DNA from: a virus
Taxonomy: Duplodnaviria > Caudoviricetes
Virus record (IMG/VR): IMGVR_UViG_3300010206_000014
Location: 1 to 26,055 of that record
Strand: one strand, 5' to 3'
Length of the DNA stretch: 26,055 nt
Below the pieces are notes generated by a model that ran no database searches, had not been told where the DNA came from, and saw only the letters and a list, made by a program, of their open reading frames with translations. Below, one piece after another: positions 1 to 9,021 of the stretch (position 1 is the first letter of the stretch; each line of letters opens with the position of its first letter). The position numbers and the translations under genes are program-made.

Positions 1-408
1 TGGGGCGACCCGCGCGGCGCCGACCGGACCCAATCGGTCGAGACGACGTCCTACGAGATCTTCCAGGCCAACGGCATGCGCGTCCTCCCGGCCACGACCG
101 ACAACAACCCCGAGATGCGGCGGTCTGCCGTCGGCGCGGTCCTCGATCGGCGCAACGGCTTCCAGATCAATCCATCGTGCCTCGTCGCCAAGACGGGCTT
201 CGCCGGCGGCTACCACTACCCGAAGATCAAGGGCGCCGGCATGTATTCGGAGCGCCCGCGGAAAAACCGCTTCAGCCACATCGTCGAGGCCGTCGAGAAC
301 GCCATCCTCGGCGGCGGTGAAGGGGACAGCCTCGTCGCCCCTTCGAAACAGCACCGGGCCGCGCCGTCGCCCGTGCGCCGCCATCGCATCAGCAGGAGAG
401 CCGCGTGA
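1..408 (+). CDS. terL: Terminase large subunit, C-terminal nuclease domain (5' truncated by the window)
   Basis: Frame is open from base 1 (WGDPRGADRTQ...); GDP and KNxxSH motifs typical of the podoviral TerL C-terminus; lies upstream of the portal. Confidence 0.85.
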   Translation, partial: WGDPRGADRTQSVETTSYEIFQANGMRVLPATTDNNPEMRRSAVGAVLDRRNGFQINPSCLVAKTGFAGGYHYPKIKGAGMYSERPRKNRFSHIVEAVENAILGGGEGDSLVAPSKQHRAAPSPVRRHRISRRAA

Positions 409-836
409 CCATCATCGCGATCAAGGACGGCGTGATGGCCGTGGACTCCCTGATCTCCAGCGGCACAACCCGCGTCGGGCACACGCGCAAATGGCGCGAG
501 GTGCCAAAGGATCTCGGGGGCGGGTACGTCGCCGCCGCGGGTTTCTGCGGCTTGGCGACAAGGATCGTCGAGCAGGTTGCGGAGAAAGGGCCCGCCGCAA
601 GCATCGAAAACGACGATGGCGTGAACGCTCTGTGGCTGAGAGCCGATGGCTCCGTGTGGTGCCTCGACAAGGAAGCCTTCTACCAGATCTCGGGACCGTT
701 CTTCGCAGAAGGAAGCGGTCGAGCCTTCGCCATTGGCGCCATGGCCGCCGGGGCATCGGCAGCAGAGGCGGCCCGCATCGCCTGTGAGCACGACACCAAC
801 TGCGGCGGCGCAATCACGATCCTGGGGGTCGCATGA
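405..836 (+). CDS. HslV/proteasome-beta-like N-terminal threonine (Ntn) hydrolase
   Basis: M-T-I-I-A start exposes Thr1; downstream D (VDS), K (TRK), GSG and C-terminal DxxCGG match the HslV/proteasome pattern; SD AGGAG; GTG start overlaps the terL stop. Confidence 0.75.
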   Translation: MTIIAIKDGVMAVDSLISSGTTRVGHTRKWREVPKDLGGGYVAAAGFCGLATRIVEQVAEKGPAASIENDDGVNALWLRADGSVWCLDKEAFYQISGPFFAEGSGRAFAIGAMAAGASAAEAARIACEHDTNCGGAITILGVA

Positions 837-1261
837 TCGAGGAATGGTATCTCGGCTTCTACGCCCCGTATTTCCGCAACCTCGAAGGACGGATCGACCC
901 GCGCGGATGGTTCGGCCATTGCGAGATCTGGGGCTACACCGCCGACGGGACCTGGTTCTTCCTCGACCCGCAGTCCAAGGGTGCGCATGTCCGCATCGCC
1001 CACGCCCACGATGACGTGCGGGACCACATCTCGGCCCGGTTCGAACTCTGCGACCTGATCCTGCGGCTGCCCGGCGGCGACCCCTCGTTCCGCATCCCTA
1101 TCCACGGGCCCATGACCTGCGCCGCCATCTGCGGATCGCTCATCGGCGTCCGTGCATTACTGCCCGCGACCCTGCGCCATAAGGTGCTCGCCAAAGGCGC
1201 GGAGGTTGTTCATGGGCAGGCCGAAAGAAGATCCGGCAGACAAGGCGACGCGGCTGCGTGA
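833..1261 (+). CDS. Putative permuted papain-like (NlpC/P60, His before Cys) peptidase/amidase
   Basis: N-terminal WFGHC and C-terminal MTCAAIC...LP..L motifs; ATGA overlap with the previous gene. Confidence 0.6.
   Translation: MIEEWYLGFYAPYFRNLEGRIDPRGWFGHCEIWGYTADGTWFFLDPQSKGAHVRIAHAHDDVRDHISARFELCDLILRLPGGDPSFRIPIHGPMTCAAICGSLIGVRALLPATLRHKVLAKGAEVVHGQAERRSGRQGDAAA
1152..1185 (+). promoter_or_regulatory. Candidate late promoter (GTGCAT...TAAGGT) upstream of the portal operon
   Basis: GTGCAT at 1152-1157 and TAAGGT at 1180-1185, spaced like the copies at 5735 and 17330; upstream of SD 1201 and ATG 1212. Confidence 0.45.
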
Positions 1262-1433
1262 ACGGCGCATGTCGCTTCTGGAGCGCCGCACCGCCGCCCA
1301 GGACAACGCCGCCGGCATGACATCGGACCTGCGCGCGGTCTATGGCGCCCTGCCCATGTCGGCCCGGTACTCGTTCCTCCCGGCCTCCATTGCCAAGCCC
1401 ATGACCGCGGCCCCCGGCGGCAAGGCGAGGTAG
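1212..1433 (+). CDS. Small pre-portal protein (73 aa), probably a virion or assembly protein
   Basis: GGAGG at 1201-1205 and ATG at 1212; directly precedes the portal, as small virion genes do in T7-like layouts. Confidence 0.7.
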   Translation: MGRPKEDPADKATRLRERRMSLLERRTAAQDNAAGMTSDLRAVYGALPMSARYSFLPASIAKPMTAAPGGKAR

Positions 1434-1437
1434 CGAC

Positions 1438-2943
1438 GTGAAGCCGTCCAAGGAGTTCCAGACCCGGTACGACGCCGCCAAGCGCCACCGCGACGCGGTG
1501 AAGCCGCTCATCGAAGAGGCCTTCCGCTTCTGCGCGCCAGATCGGGAAAAGGACTTCACCGAGACGCGCCTCACGACGCCGACCGCCGAAGAGCCGCAGA
1601 CCTTCACCTCGCTCGGGGAGGAAGTCGCAACCGATCTCGCGGGCGACCTCGTGACCTACTACACCCCGACCGAAGCCCGGTGGTGCGAGTTCGAGGTCAT
1701 CGCCCCGGTCGAAAAGGGCATGGCGAAGCAAATTCTCGATCTCGTGCAGGCGCGCGAGGACGCGGTGTTCAACGAGATCGCCGCCTCGAACTTCTCCGAC
1801 CTCGCCCCTGCGCTCTGGTTCGAAGCCGCCAGCCACGGCACCCCGGCGATATGGGTCGACGTGAACCACTTTGCGCAGCCGATCTACTGCCAGGTCGTCC
1901 CGCCGCACGAGTTGCTGATCACGCCCGGCCACCTCGGCATCCTCGACCGCTTCCGCGAGATGATCGTCTACGCGCACACGCTGCCGGTCCTGCTCGCGTC
2001 CTACGATGTCGACCTGACCGACCGCGCGCTGGCCGACAAGATCAAGAAGCCCTCGACCGTCGCCAAGGTGTGCTGGGGCTTCTGGCTGGACTGGTCCGAT
2101 CCTGGGAACCCGCAATGGCTCTGCGAAATCACGGTCGATGGCAAGCGCGTCTCGCCCGAAAAGCCCATCGTCCTTGGCCCCATGGCGGGCTCATGTCCGC
2201 TGCACGTCGGCCGCTTCAACCCGCGCCCTGGTCGCGCATGGGGGCGTGGCCCCGGCATCAAGGCGCTGCCTGACTTCCGCACCCTCGACACCATCACGGA
2301 CACGGTTCTCAGCGGCCTAGACCAAAGCCTGCTGAACACGATCATCTACCCGGATGACGGCTTCATTGACCTGTCCGAAGGGATCGAGGCCGGCCGGGCG
2401 TATCCGGCGCACCGCGGCTTCACCCGCGACCAGATCTATGACCTCTCCCGAAACGTGAACGTCGACCAAGGGTTCTTCACCGAGGAACGGTTCGAGGAAC
2501 GTCTGCGCCGCGCCTTCTATCAGGACGGTCCCCGCCAGCGCGGAGACACCCCGCCGACCGCCGCCCAATGGCTCGACGAGCGCCGCCGGGTCCAGCAACG
2601 CCTCGGCAAGCCGTCCGCGCCGCTGTGGACCGAGATGATCTACCCGATGGTGCAGCGGTTCGAGTTCCTGGCCGCCCAACTCGGCAAGATTGAGAGTGCG
2701 ATCACCCTCAACGGCAACGCCATCGCCGTCACGCCGCTGTCGCCGCTCCAGAAGGCGCAGAACCAGGACAAGGTGATGATCACCCGGTCCAACCTCGACA
2801 TGTTCGCCGGCATCGCTGGAGACGCGCTGCCCCAGGTCGTCGATCTCATGGCGACCGGCAAGAACGTCGCCAAGGCGTCCGGGGACGAACTGATCGTTTT
2901 CATGGAGGAAGCCCCGGTTGCCCCTGCCGCTCCCGCTCAGTGA
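1438..2943 (+). CDS. Portal protein (head-tail connector)
   Basis: 501 aa; GRGPG...LPD, TA.xW..E and SPL.KAQ motifs of T7 gp8/Bbp21-type portals; synteny. Confidence 0.92.
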   Translation: MKPSKEFQTRYDAAKRHRDAVKPLIEEAFRFCAPDREKDFTETRLTTPTAEEPQTFTSLGEEVATDLAGDLVTYYTPTEARWCEFEVIAPVEKGMAKQILDLVQAREDAVFNEIAASNFSDLAPALWFEAASHGTPAIWVDVNHFAQPIYCQVVPPHELLITPGHLGILDRFREMIVYAHTLPVLLASYDVDLTDRALADKIKKPSTVAKVCWGFWLDWSDPGNPQWLCEITVDGKRVSPEKPIVLGPMAGSCPLHVGRFNPRPGRAWGRGPGIKALPDFRTLDTITDTVLSGLDQSLLNTIIYPDDGFIDLSEGIEAGRAYPAHRGFTRDQIYDLSRNVNVDQGFFTEERFEERLRRAFYQDGPRQRGDTPPTAAQWLDERRRVQQRLGKPSAPLWTEMIYPMVQRFEFLAAQLGKIESAITLNGNAIAVTPLSPLQKAQNQDKVMITRSNLDMFAGIAGDALPQVVDLMATGKNVAKASGDELIVFMEEAPVAPAAPAQ

Positions 2944-3265
2944 GCCCGGCCCGATCCTGACCTACCTGACCCGGCTCAGATCGGCCAACATCGACCAGAT
3001 CAAGCTGGCGGCCGATCACGCCGAGGCGCAGGTCCGCGAGATGCTCAACACGCAGGCTGGCGCTATCCTGCTGGATTTGCTTGAGAAATCGACATCGCTT
3101 TCGCAGGTTCCGATTTCTGGAGACGAGCGTGCATTGGCAGCGCGCAATGCTCAGACGTTCATTCTCAGCGATCTCAGGAGGATCGCGAGCAATGAAACTG
3201 AGCAAATTCTGGCACAAGGCAACGCGAGAGGCGGCAGACACGGGCGGCGGAACACCGCCGGCTGA
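2918..3265 (+). CDS. Bbp19-like small protein between portal and scaffold
   Basis: SD GGAGG near 2904, TTG start; G..LL..L and RN.Q pattern; synteny. Confidence 0.65.
   Translation: MPLPLPLSEPGPILTYLTRLRSANIDQIKLAADHAEAQVREMLNTQAGAILLDLLEKSTSLSQVPISGDERALAARNAQTFILSDLRRIASNETEQILAQGNARGGRHGRRNTAG
3129..3165 (+). promoter_or_regulatory. Weaker candidate late promoter upstream of scaffold/capsid
   Basis: GTGCAT at 3129-3134 and CATTCT at 3160-3165 (longer spacing than the other copies); upstream of SD 3176 and ATG 3192. Confidence 0.3.
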
Positions 3266-3917
3266 GCCCGTCACCCCGGCTGTCGAGCCCCCTGTCGAGC
3301 CGGCCCCCGGCCCCGACCTTTCGTTCATCCCGACCGACTTTCATGTGGACGGCGCCCCGGACCTCGGGAAGTTCACCGCCCACTACCAGGATCTCGTCGC
3401 CCGCGACGCGCAGCGCGCCCAGGCGGAAGCGGAGATCCCGCGGGAGTACACCTTCGCCCTCCCCGACGGCCTGTCGTTCTCCGACATCGAAGGCGCCGAA
3501 GGCTTCAAGGTCGAACTGACCCCGGACGATCCGCTTCTGAAGCCGCTCTATTCCGAGTTGGGCGAGGTGCTGAAGGAAGCCCGCGCACCGGCCGGCGCCG
3601 CCGGGAAGCTGATGGGCGTCCTCGCGCGCTATCAGGCCACCATGTACGCCGATGCGATGAAGGCCATGGAGAAAGACATGGCCGCCCTCGGCACCCCGAC
3701 CCAGCAAGAGGCGCGGATCGCATCCGTCACCCGCGCCATCGAGACCCGGCTGCCCGCCGAAGAGGCGACCGCCCTGAAGGCCTCGCTCACCAGCGCCAAG
3801 GCGATCACCGCGCTTGAGAAACTGCTGGGCCCGCAGCGCGGGTCTCCCACCGCGCAACCCGCGCCGCCAAAGTCGGTCGACGACCTCGCGGCCTACTACG
3901 CAACCCCTTCCAAATAA
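3192..3917 (+). CDS. Capsid scaffolding protein (241 aa)
   Basis: AGGAG SD at 3176-3180, ATG 3192; Pro-rich N-terminus, P..Y.F.LP motif, helical body; directly before the capsid gene. Confidence 0.85.
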   Translation: MKLSKFWHKATREAADTGGGTPPAEPVTPAVEPPVEPAPGPDLSFIPTDFHVDGAPDLGKFTAHYQDLVARDAQRAQAEAEIPREYTFALPDGLSFSDIEGAEGFKVELTPDDPLLKPLYSELGEVLKEARAPAGAAGKLMGVLARYQATMYADAMKAMEKDMAALGTPTQQEARIASVTRAIETRLPAEEATALKASLTSAKAITALEKLLGPQRGSPTAQPAPPKSVDDLAAYYATPSK

Positions 3918-3929
3918 GGAACCCCGCAG

Positions 3930-4958
3930 ATGTCGACCCTGACGCAATCGACCCTCTCCATGATCGAACTGTACAAGCAGGTCGACGGGAAGGGCCGTCT
4001 CATCGACGTGATCGAGACGATGAACAACACCAGCCAGTACATCATGGATGATTGGGTCTGGATGCTCTGCAACAGCGGCACGAAGCACACCCGCTCGATC
4101 CGCACCGGCCTGCCGTCGGTCGCCTGGGGGATGCTCTACTCGGGCATCGCGCAGTCGAAGAGCACCAAGCAGACCATCGACGACACCACCGGCTTCGTCG
4201 AAGGCCTGTCCTCGGTCGACGAGCGCCAACTCGAACTGTACGCCGGCAACGAGATGGCGATCCGCCTGGCCGAGGGCCGCTCGTTCATCGAGGCCATGAG
4301 CCAGGAACTCGTGACCGCGCTGTTCTACCACAACAGCGACACCGACGCGAAGAAGCCGAAGGGCCTGGGCGCGCGGTTCGGCACCAAGGCGACCTATGGC
4401 GCGGGCAACCAGATCGTCGATGCCGGCGGTTCCGGTTCGGACAACACCTCGATCTGGTTCATCGAGTGGAGCTACGACGGCCTGTCGGTCATCTACCCCG
4501 AAGGCACCGTGGGCGGCATCAAACGCGAGAACATGGGCCGCCAGCGCATCCTCGACGCCTCCAGCAACCCCTACTTCGTCCAAGAGGAACTGTTCCGGTG
4601 CCACGCCGGCTTCTCGCTGGGCGACTGGCAGCGGATCGCGCGGATCGCGAACATCGACGTGTCGGACATGCAGGCCGGTTCGGTCAAACTGTACGACTTC
4701 CTGCGCAAGGCCTACTACAAGCTGAAGTCGCGCCGGACCAGCAAGGTCATGGACCAGACTTCGCCCGGCCGTCTGGCGATCTACTGCAACCGCGACGTGC
4801 TGGAGGCGCTGGACCGGCTCTCGACCAACGCGGGCGCGGCCGACAACTTCACCCGCCTCACCTGGGGCGAGATCGAAGGCAAGGAGGTCCTCACCTATCG
4901 CGGCATCCCGATCCGCGAAACTGACGCGCTTCTGAACACGGAGGCTCGGGTGGTCTAG
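3930..4958 (+). CDS. Major capsid protein (BPP-1 Bbp17/epsilon15 gp7-like)
   Basis: 342 aa; RTGLP...W, GL..RF, IVDAGG.G.DNTSIW, YP.G..GG, RIANID and YRGIPIR..DALLNTE motifs. Confidence 0.95.
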   Translation: MSTLTQSTLSMIELYKQVDGKGRLIDVIETMNNTSQYIMDDWVWMLCNSGTKHTRSIRTGLPSVAWGMLYSGIAQSKSTKQTIDDTTGFVEGLSSVDERQLELYAGNEMAIRLAEGRSFIEAMSQELVTALFYHNSDTDAKKPKGLGARFGTKATYGAGNQIVDAGGSGSDNTSIWFIEWSYDGLSVIYPEGTVGGIKRENMGRQRILDASSNPYFVQEELFRCHAGFSLGDWQRIARIANIDVSDMQAGSVKLYDFLRKAYYKLKSRRTSKVMDQTSPGRLAIYCNRDVLEALDRLSTNAGAADNFTRLTWGEIEGKEVLTYRGIPIRETDALLNTEARVV

Positions 4959-4995
4959 GCCACTCGAAACCTCTCAACCCTGAAAGGAACCTCCG

Positions 4996-5421
4996 ATGAT
5001 CCTGAACAAGAACCTTCTGCTCTCGAACGCGCAGGCAATCACCGCCACGGCGATTTCCGAGAACGTCATCCAGTGGCCGACCAACGGCACGCCCGTTGGC
5101 GAAAGCGCCGCGATCACCCGCAACCTGGGCGCCGGCACGCCGATCCCGCTGCTGATCCAGGTCGTCGAGACCTTCGCGACCCTGACCTCGCTGACCATCA
5201 CGATCGAGACCGCCGACAACGCGGCGCTGTCCTCGAACGCGGTGGTTCTGGCGTCGACGGGCGCGGTGGCCGCGGCGTCGCTGGTGGCGGGCTATCAGCC
5301 GTCGTTCACCAACCATGTGCCGGACGCGACCATGAAGGCCTACCTCGGCCTGCGGTTCACGGTTACCGGTTCGGACGCGACCGCCGGCAAGATCACCGCC
5401 GCCATCGCGACGGAGGGCTGA
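4996..5421 (+). CDS. Capsid cement/decoration protein (Bbp16-like)
   Basis: MIL.....LS..QAITATA.S.NVI start, V.E.F..L, YL.LRFTV.G...TAGKITA; follows the capsid gene. Confidence 0.88.
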   Translation: MILNKNLLLSNAQAITATAISENVIQWPTNGTPVGESAAITRNLGAGTPIPLLIQVVETFATLTSLTITIETADNAALSSNAVVLASTGAVAAASLVAGYQPSFTNHVPDATMKAYLGLRFTVTGSDATAGKITAAIATEG

Positions 5422-5425
5422 TCTG

Positions 5426-5665
5426 ATGGCCGACGAAGAAGAACTGCCGCCGGAAGCCGCGCCCGCGCCCGAGGAACCGCCGATCCAGCCCGCGACGATC
5501 AACGTGATCGCGACGGCGACCGGCGCACTCCCGGTCAAGGGGCTGGTCCATCCCGGCGACCGCTTCGCCATCGCGCCGGAACTGTTCTCGGCAACGTGGA
5601 TGAAGCCGGCGGATGGCGCGGCATCGAAGGCGCTGAAGGCGCTGGCGAAGAAGTCTGGAGCGTAA
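5426..5665 (+). CDS. Hypothetical protein (79 aa), probably head-associated
   Basis: SD GGAGG; GC-biased codons; PGD.F and FS..WM motifs. Confidence 0.75.
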   Translation: MADEEELPPEAAPAPEEPPIQPATINVIATATGALPVKGLVHPGDRFAIAPELFSATWMKPADGAASKALKALAKKSGA

Positions 5666-5695
5666 CGCGATCCTCCCCATGGTGCGTGCTCCCTC

Positions 5696-5729
5696 GGGGC
5701 GGGCTGGAAACGGCCCGCCCCATTTCGTT
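5696..5729 (+). terminator. Intrinsic terminator-like hairpin after the capsid module
   Basis: 11-bp stem GGGGCGGGCTG/CGGCCCGCCCC with GAAA loop, followed by ATTTCGTT. Confidence 0.75.
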
Positions 5730-5731
5730 GC

Positions 5732-5775
5732 AAGGTGCATAGGTTCGCCGCCGCCTGACGCCGCACTGTCCGGCC
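5732..5775 (+). promoter_or_regulatory. Candidate late promoter, leaderless type, for the tail operon
   Basis: AAGGTGCATAGGTTCG (5732-5747) is identical to 17327-17342, and both begin 44 nt before an ATG with no SD; CACTGT at 5764-5769. Confidence 0.7.
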
Positions 5776-6372
5776 ATGGCTACTCCATTCAGCATGCTGG
5801 CAATCATGAACGCGGCCCTCGTCTCCGAGGGCTACGAAGAAGTCCTCGCGTCCGGTGACGGCACCGTCGAGTGGCGGCTTCTCTCCCGCAACTGGCCGCT
5901 GATCGTCGAGGCGGAACTGGAGGACGGGAACTACCACTTCACCAAGAAGCAGGCGCAGCTTCTCAGCCGGCAGGACGGCGCGTTCGGGTTCGATGACGCC
6001 TATCTGGTCCCGGCGGATGCGCTGCATGTGCGTCGGGTCTGGACCGAGGACGAGAACGGCGACCGGGACACGTCGATCGAGTGGGCGCAGGACGGCTCCC
6101 GCGTGCTGGTCAACGAGACCGAGGGCGTCTGGATCGAGTACGCCGAGGCCGCCGATCCGTCGCTGTGGTCCGCGAACTTCGCCCGCGGCGTCCAGATGAA
6201 ATTGCAGGCCGTGCTTCTGACGTTCCGCGAGGAACGCGGCGCGGCGCAGCAGATGGAAGCCCAGGCCGAGATCCACTTCCAGCGGGCGCGCACGAACTCG
6301 TCCCGCGCCCGGTCGGCCACCGATCCCTACAAGATGAGCCGCTATGCGAAGGCGAGGTTCGGCCTTGGCTAA
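5776..6372 (+). CDS. Tail adaptor (T7 gp11-like tail tubular protein A)
   Basis: 198 aa; I.N.AL...G, Y.F.K, Y.VPAD.L motifs; synteny. Confidence 0.88.
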   Translation: MATPFSMLAIMNAALVSEGYEEVLASGDGTVEWRLLSRNWPLIVEAELEDGNYHFTKKQAQLLSRQDGAFGFDDAYLVPADALHVRRVWTEDENGDRDTSIEWAQDGSRVLVNETEGVWIEYAEAADPSLWSANFARGVQMKLQAVLLTFREERGAAQQMEAQAEIHFQRARTNSSRARSATDPYKMSRYAKARFGLG

Positions 6373-8449
6373 GCAGACCATCACGCAGCGCAGCTTCATG
6401 CTTGGCGAGCCGCGGGAGGAATTCCTTGAGGCTGATGACCTTGAGGTGCGCATGGCGTCCTGCCGCGAGGCCCGGAACGTCCGCATCAAGGCGACGCGGA
6501 CCATCGACCAGAAACTCGGGTCGCGCTTCAAGGAGGTGCTGGCCTCCGACGCGCCGCACTATGAGGTTCGGCCGGTCCCCGAGGAACTGTACCTCGTGCG
6601 GATCGAGAGCGGCAGCGTGACGGTTCTCGATGCCGACCTCGCGACGGTTTTCACCGATACGGTCACGCTTGGCGACCCCGATCTCGTCTGGGTTCAGGGC
6701 TTCCGCAAGAAGGTCATCATCGGCTGCCCGACCGGCATGTGGACGCTGACCTACGGGACGCCGTGGACGATGACGGCGTTTGCCTTCTCCGATGCCCCCG
6801 GCGGCGAGACGGCGCAACCCTACTGGTCGTTCGAGACCGGGATCACCATGCAGCCGTCGGCCCTGACCGGCTCGATCACGCTCACCGCCTCGGCGGCGTT
6901 CTTCACCTCGGCCTACGTCGGGATCAAAGTCCGGTACGCGACCCGCGAGATCCTGATCACCGCCTACACCAGCCCGACGCAGGTTACTGGCACTGTGGTC
7001 AACCGGCTGCCACCGACCTATCGGATCACCCTGGGCTCGACCTCGGACTTCCGCGTGGGCGATGTCGTCGTGGGGAACGATACCGACTTCAAGGGCCAGA
7101 TCGTCGCCATCGCGGGCAGCCAGATCGACGTGGTGACGCTGGAGTTCCTCGACGGGCCCGACGTGGGAGAGGATCTGTCCACGTCCTCGGCGTCCTCCGC
7201 CGTCTCGGCAAAGACCACGGTGACCCCGGCCGCGACGAACATCTGGGACGAGCCCCTGATCTCGCCCGTGCGCGGCTATCCCGGTTCGGCATCGGGCGCG
7301 AACGGCCGGCTGGCGCTGTGCGACTTCGCGGAGGCGCAGGATGTCGTCGTCCTGTCCTCGACGCGCGACGTGACCGACTTCCTCGTCGGGGATGCGGATG
7401 ACGACGCCATCGCGCGGGCCTGCGGGAACAACTCGCCCCGGTTCCTGCACGTCGTCGATGCCGGCGACCTGATCCTGCTGTCGGACACCGGGATCTACGT
7501 CGTCGAGTTGCAGGGCAACGCGGTCCTCTCGCCTTCGACGTTCGTGACGAAGTTCGTAGACGGGCGCGGGGCAAGCGCGGTCAACCCGGTTCGGGTCGAT
7601 GACGGCGTGGTGTTCGTCGAGGCATCCGGCCTCTCGCTCGCGGTCGTGCAACTGAGCGGGAACATCTACCTGAAGTGGTCCGTCCGCACGATCACCAACT
7701 TCCACTCGCACCTGATCAAGAGCCCGGTCGCGCTCTCCGGGCCGCCGCTGGTGTCGTCGCTGCCCGAGAAGTACCTGATGGCCGTGAACGCCGACGGGAC
7801 GATGGCGGTCATGTCGTGGGTTGACGGCTTCGACGCCGAGAACATCGGCTTCGTCCAGTGGGAGACCGATGGCGATTACAAGCGCGTGTTCCCGGCCTTC
7901 GGCAGCTATTGGGCGGTGACGCAGCGGTCGGTCGGCGGCTCGAACGAGTACCTGCTGGAGCAGTTCACCGATGCCGTTCTGGTGGACTGCGCCGTCCCGC
8001 TGGACGATGGGTTCGAGGCCGAGTTCGAGGGCCAGTCCCTCCACGTCTGCGGCGATGGCTGGTACTCGGGGACCGCGACCGTCACCGCCGGGCTGGAGAT
8101 CGAGGGCAGCTTCCCTGACGGCGCGGTCGCGGGGTGGAACTACACCTCCAGCATCATGCCGTGGCCGCAGGAGCAGATCCAGCACCCGAAGGCGGGCATC
8201 CTCGCGGCGCGGGTCATCCGCGTCGGGGTGTCCGTCCTGCACACCGGGCCGCTGTCGATCCGCTGCAACAGCATCACGCAGAACTTCGGCGGCTACTCGT
8301 TCGGGGATGACCTGTCCGCGACCGTGAACCGGACCAAGATGTACAAGACGAGCGTCATCGGGCGCCGTGACCATCCCGAGATCGAGATCATCAAGGCGTT
8401 CCCCGGAACCTTCCAGATCCTCGCCGTCACCCAGGAGGTAGTAACGTGA
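6365..8449 (+). CDS. Tail nozzle (T7 gp12-like tail tubular protein B)
   Basis: TTG start with SD GAGGT; Q.SF..GE N-terminal motif; GYP......GRL motif; beta-rich, about 694 aa. Confidence 0.88.
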   Translation: MAKQTITQRSFMLGEPREEFLEADDLEVRMASCREARNVRIKATRTIDQKLGSRFKEVLASDAPHYEVRPVPEELYLVRIESGSVTVLDADLATVFTDTVTLGDPDLVWVQGFRKKVIIGCPTGMWTLTYGTPWTMTAFAFSDAPGGETAQPYWSFETGITMQPSALTGSITLTASAAFFTSAYVGIKVRYATREILITAYTSPTQVTGTVVNRLPPTYRITLGSTSDFRVGDVVVGNDTDFKGQIVAIAGSQIDVVTLEFLDGPDVGEDLSTSSASSAVSAKTTVTPAATNIWDEPLISPVRGYPGSASGANGRLALCDFAEAQDVVVLSSTRDVTDFLVGDADDDAIARACGNNSPRFLHVVDAGDLILLSDTGIYVVELQGNAVLSPSTFVTKFVDGRGASAVNPVRVDDGVVFVEASGLSLAVVQLSGNIYLKWSVRTITNFHSHLIKSPVALSGPPLVSSLPEKYLMAVNADGTMAVMSWVDGFDAENIGFVQWETDGDYKRVFPAFGSYWAVTQRSVGGSNEYLLEQFTDAVLVDCAVPLDDGFEAEFEGQSLHVCGDGWYSGTATVTAGLEIEGSFPDGAVAGWNYTSSIMPWPQEQIQHPKAGILAARVIRVGVSVLHTGPLSIRCNSITQNFGGYSFGDDLSATVNRTKMYKTSVIGRRDHPEIEIIKAFPGTFQILAVTQEVVT

Positions 8450-9021
8450 CGCTCAGCAAGAATGATCGAGTCACGGTGGAACTCCTAAACACCCTGATCT
8501 CGTATGATCGCGCAACTCAGGAGATGCGGTGGAAAAATCGCCCGCTCCAGATGTTCCCTTCCGAGAAAACATGGAAGGCGTTCAATACAACTTTTGCCGG
8601 GAAACCGGCCATGGTGCGTGTTGATGCGCATGGGTATCGTATCGGCACAATTTCCGGGATGAAGTTCCAAGCTCATCGCGTGGTCTGGGCCCTGCACTAT
8701 GGATGCTGGCCTGACGGAGAAATTGACCACATCAACGGCGACAAGCAGGACAACAGAATTGAGAACCTGCGCGTCGTTAGCCATGAGCAAAATTGCCGGA
8801 ACGTAAGGAAAACAAGAAGGAACACGAGCGGGACGGTTGGCGTTCGCTTCAATCGTCGGCAGCGTTCATGGGTCGCCTTCATAGGAGATCAGGGAGAATG
8901 CCGTCACTTGGGAACCTTTGACACGGAGGCCGATGCTGTCTCTGCGCGTCTCTCCGCCGCCAGATCAAAAGGATACCATCCGAACCACGGGCTCCCCGTG
9001 GAGACAAAAGGAGCCGTATGA
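8446..9021 (+). CDS. Free-standing HNH homing endonuclease with C-terminal AP2-like domain
   Basis: AHR.VW, IDHINGDKQDNRIENLR and N..N motifs; NTSG..GV and HLG.F....A..AR; more AT-rich than its flanks. Confidence 0.92.
   Translation: MTLSKNDRVTVELLNTLISYDRATQEMRWKNRPLQMFPSEKTWKAFNTTFAGKPAMVRVDAHGYRIGTISGMKFQAHRVVWALHYGCWPDGEIDHINGDKQDNRIENLRVVSHEQNCRNVRKTRRNTSGTVGVRFNRRQRSWVAFIGDQGECRHLGTFDTEADAVSARLSAARSKGYHPNHGLPVETKGAV

Noticed and set aside
4930-4995. Programmed frameshift or read-through extension of the capsid protein
   Set aside because: No slippery heptamer was seen, and the next gene has its own SD and ATG.
8446-9021. Group I intron around the HNH gene
   Set aside because: Both flanking genes appear complete and overlap the HNH ORF, leaving no room for intron structure.
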